Positions 7,253-7,781 of a stretch of 7,781 nucleotides of DNA are shown here, one piece after another; the first letter of the stretch is position 1; the number at the start of each line of letters is the position of its first letter. The translations under genes were made by a program, and so were the position numbers. This DNA comes from Octopus sinensis (Eukaryota), in NCBI RefSeq assembly GCF_006345805.1, contig NW_021828751.1, forward strand, positions 1 to 7,781, given 5' to 3'. The notes under the pieces were generated by a model. It was not told the origin of the DNA, ran no database searches, and saw only the letters and a program-made list of their open reading frames with translations.

Positions 7253-7538
7253 TCTTTAATTTCTTTTAGTCATTAGACTGCGGCCATGTTGGGGCACTGC
7301 CTTGAAGATTACTTAGCCGAGCTGCTAAGTTCGTTACGGGGATGTAAACGAACCAATACTAGTTTTCAAGCATTGAGGCGGGGATAAACGGACCCAAAGA
7401 CATACACGCATGTACGTACGCGTTCACACACACACACACACACACACACACTTATACAGCAGGCATCCATACAGTTTCCCTCTACGTACTGCATTCACTT
7501 GCAAGGAATTAATCGGACCAGGGCCATTGTCTAAGACT
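7253..7538 (-). mobile_element. Older, 5'-truncated and internally deleted copy of the 5651-6386 SINE family
   Basis: ttagtcattagactgcggccatgttggggcactgcc, gccgagctgctaagtt..ttacggggatgtaaac, (CA)n linker, then cagtttccctctac..tcacttgcaagg, collinear with 6225-6300. About 60 nt present at 5716-5783 are missing after 7307. Confidence 0.75.
7425..7451. repeat. (CA)13 microsatellite (SINE linker)
   Basis: Perfect CA run. Confidence 0.95.
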
Positions 7539-7540
7539 AC

Positions 7541-7543
<3 letters not shown>

Positions 7544-7595
<52 letters not shown>
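7544..7595. repeat. (TG)26 microsatellite
   Basis: Perfect TG run. Confidence 0.95.
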
Positions 7596-7598
<3 letters not shown>

Positions 7599-7781
7599 CA
7601 GGTATAGGTGTATGGCTTTCGCCCCTAATTAATTGATGCAGAAAGCGAAAAGCCAGTGGGCTTCGAACGAATTCTCAAGTGATAATTCGGTTCACCCCTA
7701 AGTTCGAAACTATATTTCTTTCACCTATCTCTAGTCCTCTGCAATACAATGGAACAATGAATCCATCAATGAAACCTGTAA

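Noticed and set aside
7615-7654. ggctttcgc ... gcgaaaagcc hairpin
   Set aside because: A 9-bp bulged stem with a long loop is expected by chance, with no associated feature.

Overview
Non-coding, repeat-dense eukaryotic DNA. The AT-rich compound microsatellites and recognisable tRNA-derived SINE families point to a coleoid cephalopod, probably Octopus (pattern recognition, not a database result). No intact protein-coding gene is supported. Nearly all supplied ORFs are translations of (TA)n/(TG)n/(CA)n tracts or of SINE sequence. The only ORF with real protein homology (1896-2183, minus) is a decayed Cys-rich linker plus GIY-YIG endonuclease from a Penelope-like retroelement. The window also holds five to six minus-strand SINE copies, including one SINE nested in another and a two-part chimeric SINE bounded by a perfect 17-bp target-site duplication. 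Other features are a minimal type-I hammerhead-ribozyme-like motif with one core substitution (905-940, plus), a 37-bp tandem array upstream of a TATA box, and a strong plus-strand acceptor directly followed by a donor-like GTCAGT (candidate recursive splice site). All orientable retro-insertions lie on the minus strand, which suggests an intron of a plus-strand gene (inference). I see no firm evidence of a wholly new system. The hammerhead motif, the chimeric SINE and the recursive-splice candidate are the best leads.
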